A stretch of 64,000 bases of DNA. Source: Promethearchaeota archaeon. GTDB lineage: Archaea > Asgardarchaeota > Lokiarchaeia > Sigyniarchaeales > SOKP01. Shown here in pieces: positions 20,730 to 30,846 of the stretch. The position numbers were made by a program, and so were the translations under genes. The notes beneath the pieces are model-generated. The model made no database searches. It saw nothing but the letters and a program-made list of their open reading frames with translations, and was not told the DNA's origin. The DNA is taken from positions 518,310 through 582,309 of the forward strand of contig JAHPZA010000009.1 of NCBI GenBank assembly GCA_019058445.1. The letters are read 5' to 3'. How positions within the stretch are numbered: position 1 is the first letter of the stretch; each line of letters opens with the position of its first letter.

Positions 20730-21896
20730 ATGTTGTTCCAAGAAATTAATGGTTGGATAGTAGGTGGAGTTATCTCGGGGATCATTATATTATTCTTAAT
20801 CATAGTTTTCATGGCTACGCGCTACCGAAAATTCAAAACTAACCAATTCGTTATACATTTAAGGAATGGTAAAGTAAAACACGCAGGACTAGGAGGTTCC
20901 TTATGGTTATTACCTTTAATTGATGAATTTATTGTAATACCTACAACTAGTATTCAGACAAATCTAGATGCTCATGAACAAGTTGTTTCAAAAGAATATC
21001 AGAATATCTCTATCTTTGGCATGTTAATCTGGAAAGTTGTTGATCCTGAGAAAGCCTTTAGTGCAATATCTTGGTACCCTCGGGATGAAAATTACATTGA
21101 AAAAATCTTAAAGAATGCTGCTGAAGCAATAATTAGAACTACAGCTGCTAATATGGAAATTGAGAAAATCATCAGGGAACGACGAGAGATCATCAAAGAA
21201 ATAAGTAAGGAACTACATGAATTAACTGCAGATTGGGGGATCGTGATAGAATCAATTGAAATACGGGAGGTAAATATACTGGAACACGAGTTAAAAGAAA
21301 ATATGGAACAAGTAAAAAAATCTATTGAGGCTAGAAAAGCTCGGATAGCTAGGGCTGACGCAGAAAGGGAATCCCGCCTAAGAGAATTAGAAGTAAGGAA
21401 CGAAATTGGTATTCAAGAACAACTAGTGGAAAAAGAGGTAGCAATGCAAGAAAAAGACAGAGAAATTGCTATAGCGGAAAAAGAACGAGACCGAAAGACA
21501 ATTGAAGCGGATGGTGATCGACAGAAAAAAGTTATCGAAGCCGAAGCTGATGCTCAACAAATCAAGAAAAAACTCATTGCTCAGGCTGAAGGTGAAGCAG
21601 AAAATATCAAGCAACAAATGCTTGCTCAAGCTGAAGGTTTCAAAAAACAAGTGGAAGCTATGACCAGTGCTGATGAGAGGTTTTTAGCAGTGCAATTAAC
21701 AAATATTCTACCGGAGATATTCAAGAATTTAAATCCTGATAAGATGTTTATCATGGGAGACGGTAATGAATCCTTTACTGCGCTTTCAAAAGCAATCATG
21801 CCATTCTTACAGCTATTACCCGAATATTCCGATCAAATTAAGAAATTTTTTGGAAATGGTGAAATGAAAGAAGTATTGGCAAAAATTAAGAAATAA
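20730..21896 (+). CDS. Flotillin-like SPFH/band-7 protein
   Basis: N-terminal TM, SPFH core (WKVVDPEKAF, IIRERREI, WGIVIESIEIREV), EAEADA/AQAEG coiled-coil repeats. Confidence 0.9.
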   Translation: MLFQEINGWIVGGVISGIIILFLIIVFMATRYRKFKTNQFVIHLRNGKVKHAGLGGSLWLLPLIDEFIVIPTTSIQTNLDAHEQVVSKEYQNISIFGMLIWKVVDPEKAFSAISWYPRDENYIEKILKNAAEAIIRTTAANMEIEKIIRERREIIKEISKELHELTADWGIVIESIEIREVNILEHELKENMEQVKKSIEARKARIARADAERESRLRELEVRNEIGIQEQLVEKEVAMQEKDREIAIAEKERDRKTIEADGDRQKKVIEAEADAQQIKKKLIAQAEGEAENIKQQMLAQAEGFKKQVEAMTSADERFLAVQLTNILPEIFKNLNPDKMFIMGDGNESFTALSKAIMPFLQLLPEYSDQIKKFFGNGEMKEVLAKIKK

Positions 21897-21979
21897 CTAC
21901 TTTTTTTTTATTAATTCAAGGGTTTTTTTTTAAATTTAAAATAAAATTAAAAAAATAAAAGGGTGAAATAAGAAAAAAA

Positions 21980-22969
21980 ATGTCTAATCTAATTCAAAAT
22001 AGGAAAAACCTAGAAAAAGAAGAATTTATTAGACAATATATAGAAATTTATGATAAAAGAGTATATTTAATAGCAAAACATGTTGTCTTATCTCAAATCT
22101 CCCTCTTAATTTTAACGGGAATAATAACTATATTAATATCTTTGATAGGCTTTACAGCAGCTAGGCTACTTTCATTATTAGTTTTTTGGATGATCTTCGA
22201 GTTTATAATTCCAGTTTTTAGTATAATATATATTTACTTTAAACGGAATACATTTTATTACAATTTTAGTTGGCGTCAAATATTATTGTATTACTTAATT
22301 ATTTGGCTTTCAATAACAACTTATATTGGAATTTTTGTGGATTTTTATTTAGGATTTGGTAAAACTTTGTTAACAGGTCTATGTTTATCACTTTATTATA
22401 TTATTGGATATTTAATTGCTAAAAAATGTTGGAGTATCCGCTTCTATTTTAATAAAAAACAAATAAAATATTTATTTCGTATAATATCGATTGTTTTAAT
22501 TATAGGATTTCTAATCCTGGGTTGGTATATTTTAAATTTATCTATAAAAGGGAATAACATCAAAGGAATACCTGAAAATGTAGACGAGAGTTTTTTAAGT
22601 GAATTTATTTTTACTATAGGATTATTTACTATGCTAAATGGTTTTGGGATAGTACTATCTGCCTATTTAAACTTTCGAATGTTATATTTACTTTATGCAG
22701 AACCTTTTTGGAATGTGAAAAGCGATTCTCCAAATAAACTTTATATGAAATGCTTAAGTAGGACGATGATTTGTATGTTCTTTTTTTGGTTATTTATGGA
22801 AATATTCTTTCCTCCGATATCAATAAATCTCGATAAATTGAAGTGGGAACGTACTAAGAAAATTACACCCAAATTTAGCCCAAAAGAACGAAGTCTAGTA
22901 TATAATGAATGGAAAGAGGAAGGTCTTGCTATAAATGTAGAAAAAATTAAGAGAGGTTATAAATATTAG
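21980..22969 (+). CDS. Multi-pass membrane protein
   Basis: About 7 hydrophobic segments; GGGTGA SD. Confidence 0.65.
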   Translation: MSNLIQNRKNLEKEEFIRQYIEIYDKRVYLIAKHVVLSQISLLILTGIITILISLIGFTAARLLSLLVFWMIFEFIIPVFSIIYIYFKRNTFYYNFSWRQILLYYLIIWLSITTYIGIFVDFYLGFGKTLLTGLCLSLYYIIGYLIAKKCWSIRFYFNKKQIKYLFRIISIVLIIGFLILGWYILNLSIKGNNIKGIPENVDESFLSEFIFTIGLFTMLNGFGIVLSAYLNFRMLYLLYAEPFWNVKSDSPNKLYMKCLSRTMICMFFFWLFMEIFFPPISINLDKLKWERTKKITPKFSPKERSLVYNEWKEEGLAINVEKIKRGYKY

Positions 22970-23003
22970 TGAAAATGAATTACATGATATTATTTTAAAA
23001 AAA

Positions 23004-23918
23004 ATGTTGGATGGAAATTTGGAATTTCAGTGGAAATTACGTAATAAATCTAAGACAGTAAATATAAATGGCACACTTCCAAAATATCCGGTCCTAATTC
23101 TTACATGTATGGATTCGAGAATAAATATCTATGAAATTTTCCAATTAAATCTTGGTGATGTATTAATTTTGAGAAATGCTGGAAATGTATATTCTAAAGA
23201 TATTATGAGATCAATTTTATTAGCGATTTTCGAGTTTAAGATAAATCACATCATCATTTTAGGACATCTGGACTGCCAAATGACAAAAGTTAATATAAGT
23301 AATTTAAAACATGAATTGGCTCCTTCATTAGTGAGGCAATTATATGATCGAGATGAGACTCCTGAAGAGGGAATTAAGAGGTTTTTTAAAATATTTGATG
23401 ATGAAATAAGAATGGTTAATAACCAAATAAAATTATTGAGAAAATTTCCAGATTTTCCCAAAGGAATAGAAATCATGGGAATGTTATATGATGTAAATAG
23501 CGGCTGGATTTTTGATTCAAAAGATTTTGAACATTTAGAAAGTAAAGAAGAATTCTTGATAAATTTTAAAAAGTTATTAAGAAAAAAGTACAAGAAATTA
23601 ACGAAATTTGTAAAATGTCTAAAAACTGAAAAACAAGAATTAAAATTGTTAAAAAATACTGCTCCTTTAGAAAAAAAAGTTAAACAGAATCATTTCGCTA
23701 ATCATTTAGAAAACGAATCCAAATCTTTTAAAATACTCCCAAAATCATTTACTGCTAAAAATTACGTCATAAACGGGATAAATCCAATTAAATTATTTAG
23801 TAATAAAAAAAGCTCTTGTGCTCCAAGAAATTTAAGAATTAAAATAATTGTTCCAAAATATTCGATCCCCAAATTAAATTTTCTTAATCCAAATATCAAT
23901 TTAAAAAATGAAGGTTAG
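23004..23918 (+). CDS. Beta-class carbonic anhydrase with basic C-terminal extension
   Basis: LTCMDSR, LRNAGN, GHLDC, GMLYDV.SG (Zn ligands C, H, C present). Confidence 0.85.
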   Translation: MLDGNLEFQWKLRNKSKTVNINGTLPKYPVLILTCMDSRINIYEIFQLNLGDVLILRNAGNVYSKDIMRSILLAIFEFKINHIIILGHLDCQMTKVNISNLKHELAPSLVRQLYDRDETPEEGIKRFFKIFDDEIRMVNNQIKLLRKFPDFPKGIEIMGMLYDVNSGWIFDSKDFEHLESKEEFLINFKKLLRKKYKKLTKFVKCLKTEKQELKLLKNTAPLEKKVKQNHFANHLENESKSFKILPKSFTAKNYVINGINPIKLFSNKKSSCAPRNLRIKIIVPKYSIPKLNFLNPNINLKNEG

Positions 23919-23968
23919 AATATAGAATGATATCTGTAATTTTAATTAAAAAAAGAGTGAATTATTAA

Positions 23969-24973
23969 TTGTTAAAATATAAAAGAGTTATAATTTTGAA
24001 GGTATTCATAATCGTCTTTATTTTATTTCCAGTTTTTTTCTCAAAATCTTATGCTGAATCAGATTATGACTTGAATTTTAGAAAAGATATTGAAATCACT
24101 TGGGAATATGCGAAAGTAGATGATATTTTAATTAATAGAATAAAATTTTTCTTCAATTCTAGTCTCTATTGTTTAAATCATTCCGATAATGAAGAAGATT
24201 CTAGGTTCATGAATTATATTGAAGATATCGAAAAATCTTCAGATAAATGGAAAGTAAAAATATCTTATAAGCATAATGACAATTCTCATCAAAATTTAAA
24301 GGAATTAAAAATTTATGAAGATCCAGGTAAAATTCCCATTGAGTGGTTTTATGAGATTAATGATCTTAAACTTCGCTATATCCCTTATCGTGTAAATGAT
24401 TATTTAGACGAACTTATTGAAGGGGCTCCAGTTATTTTTAATACAAGTATATTAAAGGGTTCGTTTTCACAATTATTAATACATCGCCATAGTGGCAATA
24501 AAACTATTATAGCGGAACTCAGTTATGATAATGCAGGAATAATCGATAAATTTAAAGTGAAAATTGATGATAAGACGGCTTATTATTATAAAAAGATAGG
24601 CATAAAAACTAATGGTCCTCATCAAGATCCTTTATTGATGATTATACTGATTATTTTTGCGATATGTATATCATCATGGCCTTTATGCTTAGCATTATTA
24701 AGCTACAGAAAAAAATCTAGATTAAAAAATCTAACTATAACCGATAAGAATAATAAACACTTGATAGATCCCCGAATTAGAAATTTAGAATTCATTGATA
24801 ACAAAACCTCAAAAAAAGAACCAATATTGATTCCTGGAACAGAGAATCCAAATATTTTAGGTAGCAAAGAAAATTCTAAAACACTCTACGAGAAATATGA
24901 ATTATTTGAGAAGGATATTCTATTTGTTGAAAATTATAATGAAAGTAAGAGAAAGAAGTCAAATTTAGTTTGA
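23969..24973 (+). CDS. Single-pass membrane/exported protein
   Basis: Signal peptide ending ...SKSYA, ectodomain, TM 'LLMIILIIFAICISSWPLCLALL', basic tail. Confidence 0.6.
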   Translation: MLKYKRVIILKVFIIVFILFPVFFSKSYAESDYDLNFRKDIEITWEYAKVDDILINRIKFFFNSSLYCLNHSDNEEDSRFMNYIEDIEKSSDKWKVKISYKHNDNSHQNLKELKIYEDPGKIPIEWFYEINDLKLRYIPYRVNDYLDELIEGAPVIFNTSILKGSFSQLLIHRHSGNKTIIAELSYDNAGIIDKFKVKIDDKTAYYYKKIGIKTNGPHQDPLLMIILIIFAICISSWPLCLALLSYRKKSRLKNLTITDKNNKHLIDPRIRNLEFIDNKTSKKEPILIPGTENPNILGSKENSKTLYEKYELFEKDILFVENYNESKRKKSNLV

Positions 24974-24999
24974 TAAAAGATAGAAAAGGTGAAAAATAA

Positions 25000-25908
25000 A
25001 TGGGTGAAGATATAGAAAGAAATTTTTTGAATAACAATATCAAATTTCGATGGAATGTTATCCAAGATTTAGAAAAAATTGATTCAGTAGAAGATTATCC
25101 AAAATATCCCGTTCTATTTCTTACGTGTATGGATCCGAGAATTGATATTAATAGAATTTTTCAACTCAATCCTGGAGATGTATTTGTATTAAGAAACGCA
25201 GGAAATATTTTAACTATTGATATGTTAAGATCGATTTTAATTACCATTCATGAATATAACATAAAATACATAATTATCCTCGGGCACTTAGACTGTGGAA
25301 TGACGAAAATTGACTTACTAAAATTGAGAGAAAAGTTATATATAAAATCTCGAGAATTAATAATTCGAAAGGGTAATAATCCATATTCAGAACTTCGAAA
25401 TTTTTTTAAACCATTTAAAGACGTTTTGCAGAATATTAATGAACAGATTGATAGTCTGAGAGATTTTAAAGGTTTTCCGTCGAATGTGAAAATTAGAGGA
25501 TGGTTATATGATGTTCATACGGGTTGGGTGTTTGAAACTGATAATTTGAGAAATTTTGAGTCCACTGAGGATCTCATGATAAATTACAAAGATCTTATTA
25601 GTAAGAAAGACCTGGAGTTGGTTGATTCTTTAATATCTCTGGAAAAAGATTCTTTGGATCCTAAGAGCTTGATTCGAAAATATGAAGAAGATATACCACC
25701 TAAAAGCATAGATTTAATGAATAAAAATAAAAGTCTTAATGATGTTGAAACACAATCGACTTGTTCTCCTAAAAGATTTCATAATACCAATTTAAGTACT
25801 GATCTCTTAATGAAAGGGTCTCGAATAACGATTCCTAAAATTATTGTTCCAAAAATAAGTGTAAATATTCCAGAAATTTACAAAAGAAAAAAAATGAGTA
25901 AAATTTAA
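25000..25908 (+). CDS. Beta-class carbonic anhydrase (paralog of 23004-23918)
   Basis: LTCMDPR, LRNAGN, GHLDCG, GWLYDVHTG. Shares PKYPVL and a C-terminal 'KIIVPK' motif with the upstream paralog. Confidence 0.87.
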   Translation: MGEDIERNFLNNNIKFRWNVIQDLEKIDSVEDYPKYPVLFLTCMDPRIDINRIFQLNPGDVFVLRNAGNILTIDMLRSILITIHEYNIKYIIILGHLDCGMTKIDLLKLREKLYIKSRELIIRKGNNPYSELRNFFKPFKDVLQNINEQIDSLRDFKGFPSNVKIRGWLYDVHTGWVFETDNLRNFESTEDLMINYKDLISKKDLELVDSLISLEKDSLDPKSLIRKYEEDIPPKSIDLMNKNKSLNDVETQSTCSPKRFHNTNLSTDLLMKGSRITIPKIIVPKISVNIPEIYKRKKMSKI

Positions 25909-26030
25909 TTTTTCTATATTTTAAACTCGATTTTTTACTTTCATTTTATTTAATGAAATTATAATAAAAAACTTCATTTAAAATATAACATGAAACACAA
26001 GATCTTTGTAGAGACCTTTGAATTGTTATA

Positions 26031-26654
26031 TTATTTAGAAATATCTGGAAATACCTTTAATTTAGTATAAATATTATTTATACGAAGGGCTAATTCATCA
26101 AGCAGTATATCTTTTTCTTCCTGTTCATTTTGGCTGGACTTATACATACTTGCTAACTTCTTGGATTCTTGGGCAATTAAAAAAGAAATAAACTTATCAA
26201 TATCTTCAAAAATCCGAATATAAGAGGTCAGCACTGTTTTTTTTAACTGTTTTGAAGTGATATTCCCAAGAGTAAATTTATTAATTTCAGTTTTCAGGAT
26301 TTTTAGCTCGTGCTCATTAAAGATAATACGCTCCAGAACATCGTGAATAACAACTTCACGAGCTCTCACTTCTGATGCTTCCAAGGAGTTTTTTTGTGGT
26401 GGATTCTCAATGATTGTCTCCGGAGTAGACTGCTCCTCACGCACCTCATTTTTTGCGCCATAAGGCTTTGAAACATACTTTTTTTCTTCTAAAGCTTGAA
26501 TCGCATCATATTGTTCAAAATCTCCTTTATCAAATCCTAGCACCTCTTCAAGATCATCATCTTGAGATTCAATGACTTTCAATCGTTTATCAGTGTTAGA
26601 ACAAGGGCTCACCCAATCAGTAAGATCTTTTTTATTCGACATATAAATGCTCAA
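26031..26654 (-). CDS. Hypothetical protein (acidic N-terminus, helical C-terminus)
   Basis: 207-aa ORF preceded by the island promoter motif. Confidence 0.55.
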   Translation of the reverse strand: MSIYMSNKKDLTDWVSPCSNTDKRLKVIESQDDDLEEVLGFDKGDFEQYDAIQALEEKKYVSKPYGAKNEVREEQSTPETIIENPPQKNSLEASEVRAREVVIHDVLERIIFNEHELKILKTEINKFTLGNITSKQLKKTVLTSYIRIFEDIDKFISFLIAQESKKLASMYKSSQNEQEEKDILLDELALRINNIYTKLKVFPDISK

Positions 26655-26698
26655 TCTCTATGTATTAATGATTGGTCTAAAAGAACTACTGACAATTA

Positions 26699-26714
26699 TA
26701 TATAAAGAAAAAAA
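26699..26714 (-). promoter_or_regulatory. T-rich element plus TATA (island motif) TTTTTTTCTTTATATA
   Basis: 45 nt upstream of the 26654 start, in a divergent intergenic region. Confidence 0.65.
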
Positions 26715-26794
26715 TTGATATCATAGATTAAATTTTCATTGAAAAGGAAGCCTAAGTTCATGAGCAGAATCTATTCTGGGAAAACTTCCCCAAA

Positions 26795-26809
26795 TTTTTT
26801 CTTTATATA
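26795..26809 (+). promoter_or_regulatory. Island promoter motif TTTTTTCTTTATATA
   Basis: 45 nt upstream of ATG 26855. Confidence 0.65.
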
Positions 26810-26854
26810 AATTTAGGGTAATGATAAGCTAATAGCTTTCCCTCGGCAAGAGAA

Positions 26855-27271
26855 ATGAGCATAAGTAAATATAAACAATCCAGTGATAAATCAGCAAAAA
26901 TCACCTTTCACCCAGATAATAAACGTACTCTTGCCAGCAATGAGTTTCAAAAAAGGAAATTTCGGTTCATAAATGAATTATCGTGTCTGCTATTTGCACA
27001 TAAAAAAGATAGGGATATTTCAGTCATTATATCGAAATTGATTATATTTACGCTTTCTATTCATGAACACCACTTTTTAGATAAGGCATATACATCAGCG
27101 ATGGAACAAATGTCTAGCGTCTATGAGCCCCACGAATATCTTCGCATCCTTAAGAAAATTCATATACTTCTTTTTCAAACTAGATGTTTATCTGAAGAGG
27201 AGCGGCTCCGGTTTTATCGTTTAGAGCGGTTTTGCATAAAATGCTATTTAAAAAAGTCTCAATTGACATAA
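26855..27271 (+). CDS. Hypothetical helical protein
   Basis: 138-aa ORF with the island promoter motif. Confidence 0.55.
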   Translation: MSISKYKQSSDKSAKITFHPDNKRTLASNEFQKRKFRFINELSCLLFAHKKDRDISVIISKLIIFTLSIHEHHFLDKAYTSAMEQMSSVYEPHEYLRILKKIHILLFQTRCLSEEERLRFYRLERFCIKCYLKKSQLT

Positions 27272-27819
27272 TCACCGTTTTTCCTCTTTAAAAGTAGCGT
27301 AAAATAATCATTTGGCAAGGCAATAAGCATGCCATTATGAATGAATCTGCTCAGTAATAAAGGAATCTCGCTGTCAGGAATATGATATTCCGAACTCATT
27401 ATATGAATCATATATTGTGGAAACTCCTTGAACTTGGAAAAAAGATCTAGTAGTAATGTTTTAAACTCCTTAACATACGCACTATCACCGTGATCAACTC
27501 CTAAAAGCGTTTTAGAAAAATTGCTTGGTTTAGCAGGATGTGTCCTAACTCGAAATTCATTATTGCTCCTTAAATCGGGAGTATGACCCGTTTCTTTTAT
27601 TGCTAAGGTATGTTGCTTATCCTTTACCGCATTAATTGTATTATTCAATCCATATATAACTTCAGTGGTGTCCGGTAATTTAGCTAAGTGATGAATCCGC
27701 ATACAATTGAGGCATTTTTTAGTTTTTTGAGTAGTTTTTACGTAGAGCGTTCTACCGCACTTCACACATGCAAAAATATAATAGGGAGTTTTATCCTTTT
27801 TCCACTTATTAGTTTCCAA
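27259..27819 (-). CDS. DUF1922-like Zn-ribbon protein with C-terminal winged-helix-like domain
   Basis: YYIFACVKCGRTLYVKTTQKTKKCLNC; C-terminal 'EIPLLLSRFIHNGMLI..PND' wHTH wing; GAGGT SD. Confidence 0.6.
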   Translation of the reverse strand: METNKWKKDKTPYYIFACVKCGRTLYVKTTQKTKKCLNCMRIHHLAKLPDTTEVIYGLNNTINAVKDKQHTLAIKETGHTPDLRSNNEFRVRTHPAKPSNFSKTLLGVDHGDSAYVKEFKTLLLDLFSKFKEFPQYMIHIMSSEYHIPDSEIPLLLSRFIHNGMLIALPNDYFTLLLKRKNGDYVN

Positions 27820-27873
27820 ATATATTACCTCTAATAGTCATTAAAAAATTAGAATAAAATGAAAAATATTAAT

Positions 27874-30567
27874 TTATTTAAGAGAATACTCTTTTGCCTT
27901 TCTCTTTGATTTACCCGAAATGAGAATCACTATCGATGGGAGGGCAATTAAAGTGATCATAACTGGTAAGGCTGTATGAACAGAAGGCTCAATAAGTTGC
28001 TCATTCTCTGACGTATTTTGAGACTCAGTTGCTTTTTCAGAATTTTCATTACTCCCATATTTGCTTGATGTGGTTTGGATGGTAATAGGGAGGGTAAGTA
28101 TACCTTGTATTGGTCCTCCTGATACGTCAATTTCCCCTGTTACAACAGGATAGTGTTCTGCTACATCGGAAACATATATTTCACCATAATAGCTCATATC
28201 TGATTCTCTGCTAAGGGTTATATGCTCAAAAGATGAGTCAAATTTTACACTTATATCAGGCCCAAAATAATCCAGTATAATATTATTCAAGTATACAGAT
28301 ATATTAAATGTACTTCCCAATTCAACAGATTGGGGATAAATTGCGGTAATGTTTATCGGATCATTGTGAGCCATATCACAAACCCACAAAAATACTTCAT
28401 CGCTTAAGTTTTCTCTGTCAGAAGTTAAATAAAATGATTTAAATTCATCATCATAAATGTCTCGTACTAGTTGATTAGTAAGTTGGGTATCAAAGGGAAT
28501 TGCGAGGTCTAGTATTTCCGAGATTTTATAGGAATAATAGATGTTTTTGATGTCTGAATAATTGAGGTTTTGCACAACATAATTGCGTATTTTTTGGGCA
28601 TCCACTCTTTCGGGTGCTGTCGCATTGAGAATATAAACCATATAATAGGTATTGCGCAAAAGCGTATTCATCTCATTAGTATACCACGCATCATAGTGAA
28701 TTGCAGAGTCCCCGGCTGTATTATCTACAAAAGTTATAAGAGCGTCTTCATTAAGCCCGATATCTGCCAGAGATAGCCCCAATTGTTTGGCCAGGATCTC
28801 TAAAGTTCGAAACGCATAATAGGTATATTCTAAGAACACAAAGTCATTTTTTTGCTCATTGTTCAAATTTTCACATAAGACTGGATTGGCTACGAAACCA
28901 CCATAATTGTCATAGGAGGGCGCTATAAACTGAGTGTTGATAATATTGGCAATTATATCATTGAAATCCACTTGACTTCCAAATTCGCCCAACATGCTTA
29001 TGTAATATAACGTTTCAAGCGCATTATAGGTGGTCTGGTGCGAAAAGCAAAGTCCAAGTTCGTTATATTTATCGCTATATCCAAGGTTATAATATTCAAT
29101 CGGGCGCGAACGAAAATTTTTTACAATCTCACTACTATAGGGAGAATGTTGAAACATAGATGCTGCCCCTGCAAAAAGATGTTTCCCATTGAGATTCTCA
29201 TAATTCGAGAGAATGATATCATAGATATATTGCTTGAAAGTAACATCATATTGACTGTTCCTATAGATCCCTACTGCACTTTTCACCATTGTATGTACAA
29301 ATCTTAATGAGGAATAGTCATTAGAAAGAAGGGAATACCCGTTGTCTGATTGCTGATAGTAGCTTACTATGGAAGTAGCGATTTGGTCTTTTTCATTTGA
29401 AGATAGGCGCGAGAGCTCGCCTGATTCCTCCAACGCTCTTATAACTTGGAAAGTATCTATGAGCTCATGATACTGAAACACGGTAGATGAATTCCATAGC
29501 CCCCAAGCATTGCGATTCTTAAGAATGAAATTAAGTACCCCATTTCTATCAATGGCTACATATCCAGAGAGATCCGATAGCTGCAACCCGAGAGCGGTGC
29601 CTATCACATTACTTTCATTAATGGGAAACATGGCAATTCTCATTGTGAAAAAAGTTCCTTGATTATCGTAGTGCTTCTCTAAAAATTGGTGAAATGTCCC
29701 GTATTGCATATATGCCCCGATTTTCTCCAAGCTTCGCAAACAATAATAGGAACTTAACAGAGTATAATCCAGATCATCTAAGGTTGCTAAGCTCTGATCC
29801 TCATCATTATAAAATGCTCCATAGAAATAACTCATAGCATCACTATTTTGCAGATCTTTTATAAATTGTTCAATATGTAACCATTCATCAGGGTGACTGC
29901 TCGGATCATCTCCGAGTGCTTCTAATGCTAAAATTGCAAAGTATGTATTATCTGCGGTAGATACTTTAAAGTAGGGCTCTAAATCAGATGAGTATGGCTG
30001 GCCTATGAACCCTCTCTCAGTAGGCTGATTAAGACAACTCCAAATGAAATCAATAGTTTGCTGTTTATCAATTTCATCTAACTCTCCTAGGATGTCAAGG
30101 GAAAGTATTGCAAAACAATTGACTTCCAACAGAGAGGGAAACTGGAAATACCCCAAATAATTAGTAATAGAGAAATTGGTCTGTAAATATCGTTGTGCAT
30201 AACTGTCCGCAAAGTGTTCAAAAGCCTCATTATAGCATGAGATAATGTAGTTCAAGATTGTGGTGTGGTTAATTATATTTAACTTATTCAACGCATTAAG
30301 AACATATAGGGCATAATATAAGGCTTGAAGTGAGGATTCATAGGACTGAGAAAAATATTTTTGAGCTATAAACTCATTATATTTTTCATCAAACATCTCA
30401 TTAATGACATCATAACCTTCTCCTGTGGATAACTGCAGTTCATTTAATGGATGAGGCACAGACTCATGAAACGGGAATTTAGTTGGGGTATTATTTAATG
30501 GCGTTATCTGACTTACTAAAATTATCGCCAAGACCCCTGCTATGAGACCAGTTTTAAGTAGTTTCAT
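27874..30567 (-). CDS. Membrane-anchored exported protein with prenyltransferase/squalene-cyclase-type alpha/alpha-toroid repeats
   Basis: Signal peptide; repeated 'T/LYYA/F..L..L' and 'GF/GG' motifs (SLQALYYALYVL, DNTYFAILALEAL, YTYYAFRTLEIL); Ig-like segment; C-terminal TM with basic tail. Confidence 0.7.
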   Translation of the reverse strand: MKLLKTGLIAGVLAIILVSQITPLNNTPTKFPFHESVPHPLNELQLSTGEGYDVINEMFDEKYNEFIAQKYFSQSYESSLQALYYALYVLNALNKLNIINHTTILNYIISCYNEAFEHFADSYAQRYLQTNFSITNYLGYFQFPSLLEVNCFAILSLDILGELDEIDKQQTIDFIWSCLNQPTERGFIGQPYSSDLEPYFKVSTADNTYFAILALEALGDDPSSHPDEWLHIEQFIKDLQNSDAMSYFYGAFYNDEDQSLATLDDLDYTLLSSYYCLRSLEKIGAYMQYGTFHQFLEKHYDNQGTFFTMRIAMFPINESNVIGTALGLQLSDLSGYVAIDRNGVLNFILKNRNAWGLWNSSTVFQYHELIDTFQVIRALEESGELSRLSSNEKDQIATSIVSYYQQSDNGYSLLSNDYSSLRFVHTMVKSAVGIYRNSQYDVTFKQYIYDIILSNYENLNGKHLFAGAASMFQHSPYSSEIVKNFRSRPIEYYNLGYSDKYNELGLCFSHQTTYNALETLYYISMLGEFGSQVDFNDIIANIINTQFIAPSYDNYGGFVANPVLCENLNNEQKNDFVFLEYTYYAFRTLEILAKQLGLSLADIGLNEDALITFVDNTAGDSAIHYDAWYTNEMNTLLRNTYYMVYILNATAPERVDAQKIRNYVVQNLNYSDIKNIYYSYKISEILDLAIPFDTQLTNQLVRDIYDDEFKSFYLTSDRENLSDEVFLWVCDMAHNDPINITAIYPQSVELGSTFNISVYLNNIILDYFGPDISVKFDSSFEHITLSRESDMSYYGEIYVSDVAEHYPVVTGEIDVSGGPIQGILTLPITIQTTSSKYGSNENSEKATESQNTSENEQLIEPSVHTALPVMITLIALPSIVILISGKSKRKAKEYSLK

Positions 30568-30619
30568 TTTTAATACTAATAATTTATTATTGTAAATTGA
30601 TCTTCCATTCTATTCAATT

Positions 30620-30634
30620 TATATAAAGAAAAAA
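30620..30634 (-). promoter_or_regulatory. Island promoter motif TTTTTTCTTTATATA
   Basis: About 52 nt upstream of ATG 30567. Confidence 0.65.
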
Positions 30635-30846
30635 TATCATTTTATCACATTTAGTCGATTATGAATAAAAAAAAGAGGGTTCTTATGGCTTGCTTTTAGA
30701 CTTAAATCTCAAAAAAAGTTAAGAAGATCCTTTTTCACAGATTTAATTAATATTTCTAAGTCACAATGAATAATAAAATGAAGAGCCAGATAAAATGAAA
30801 TAATATAAATCTAGAAGAAAGAGTTAACTCCTACTCATTAGCAAGA

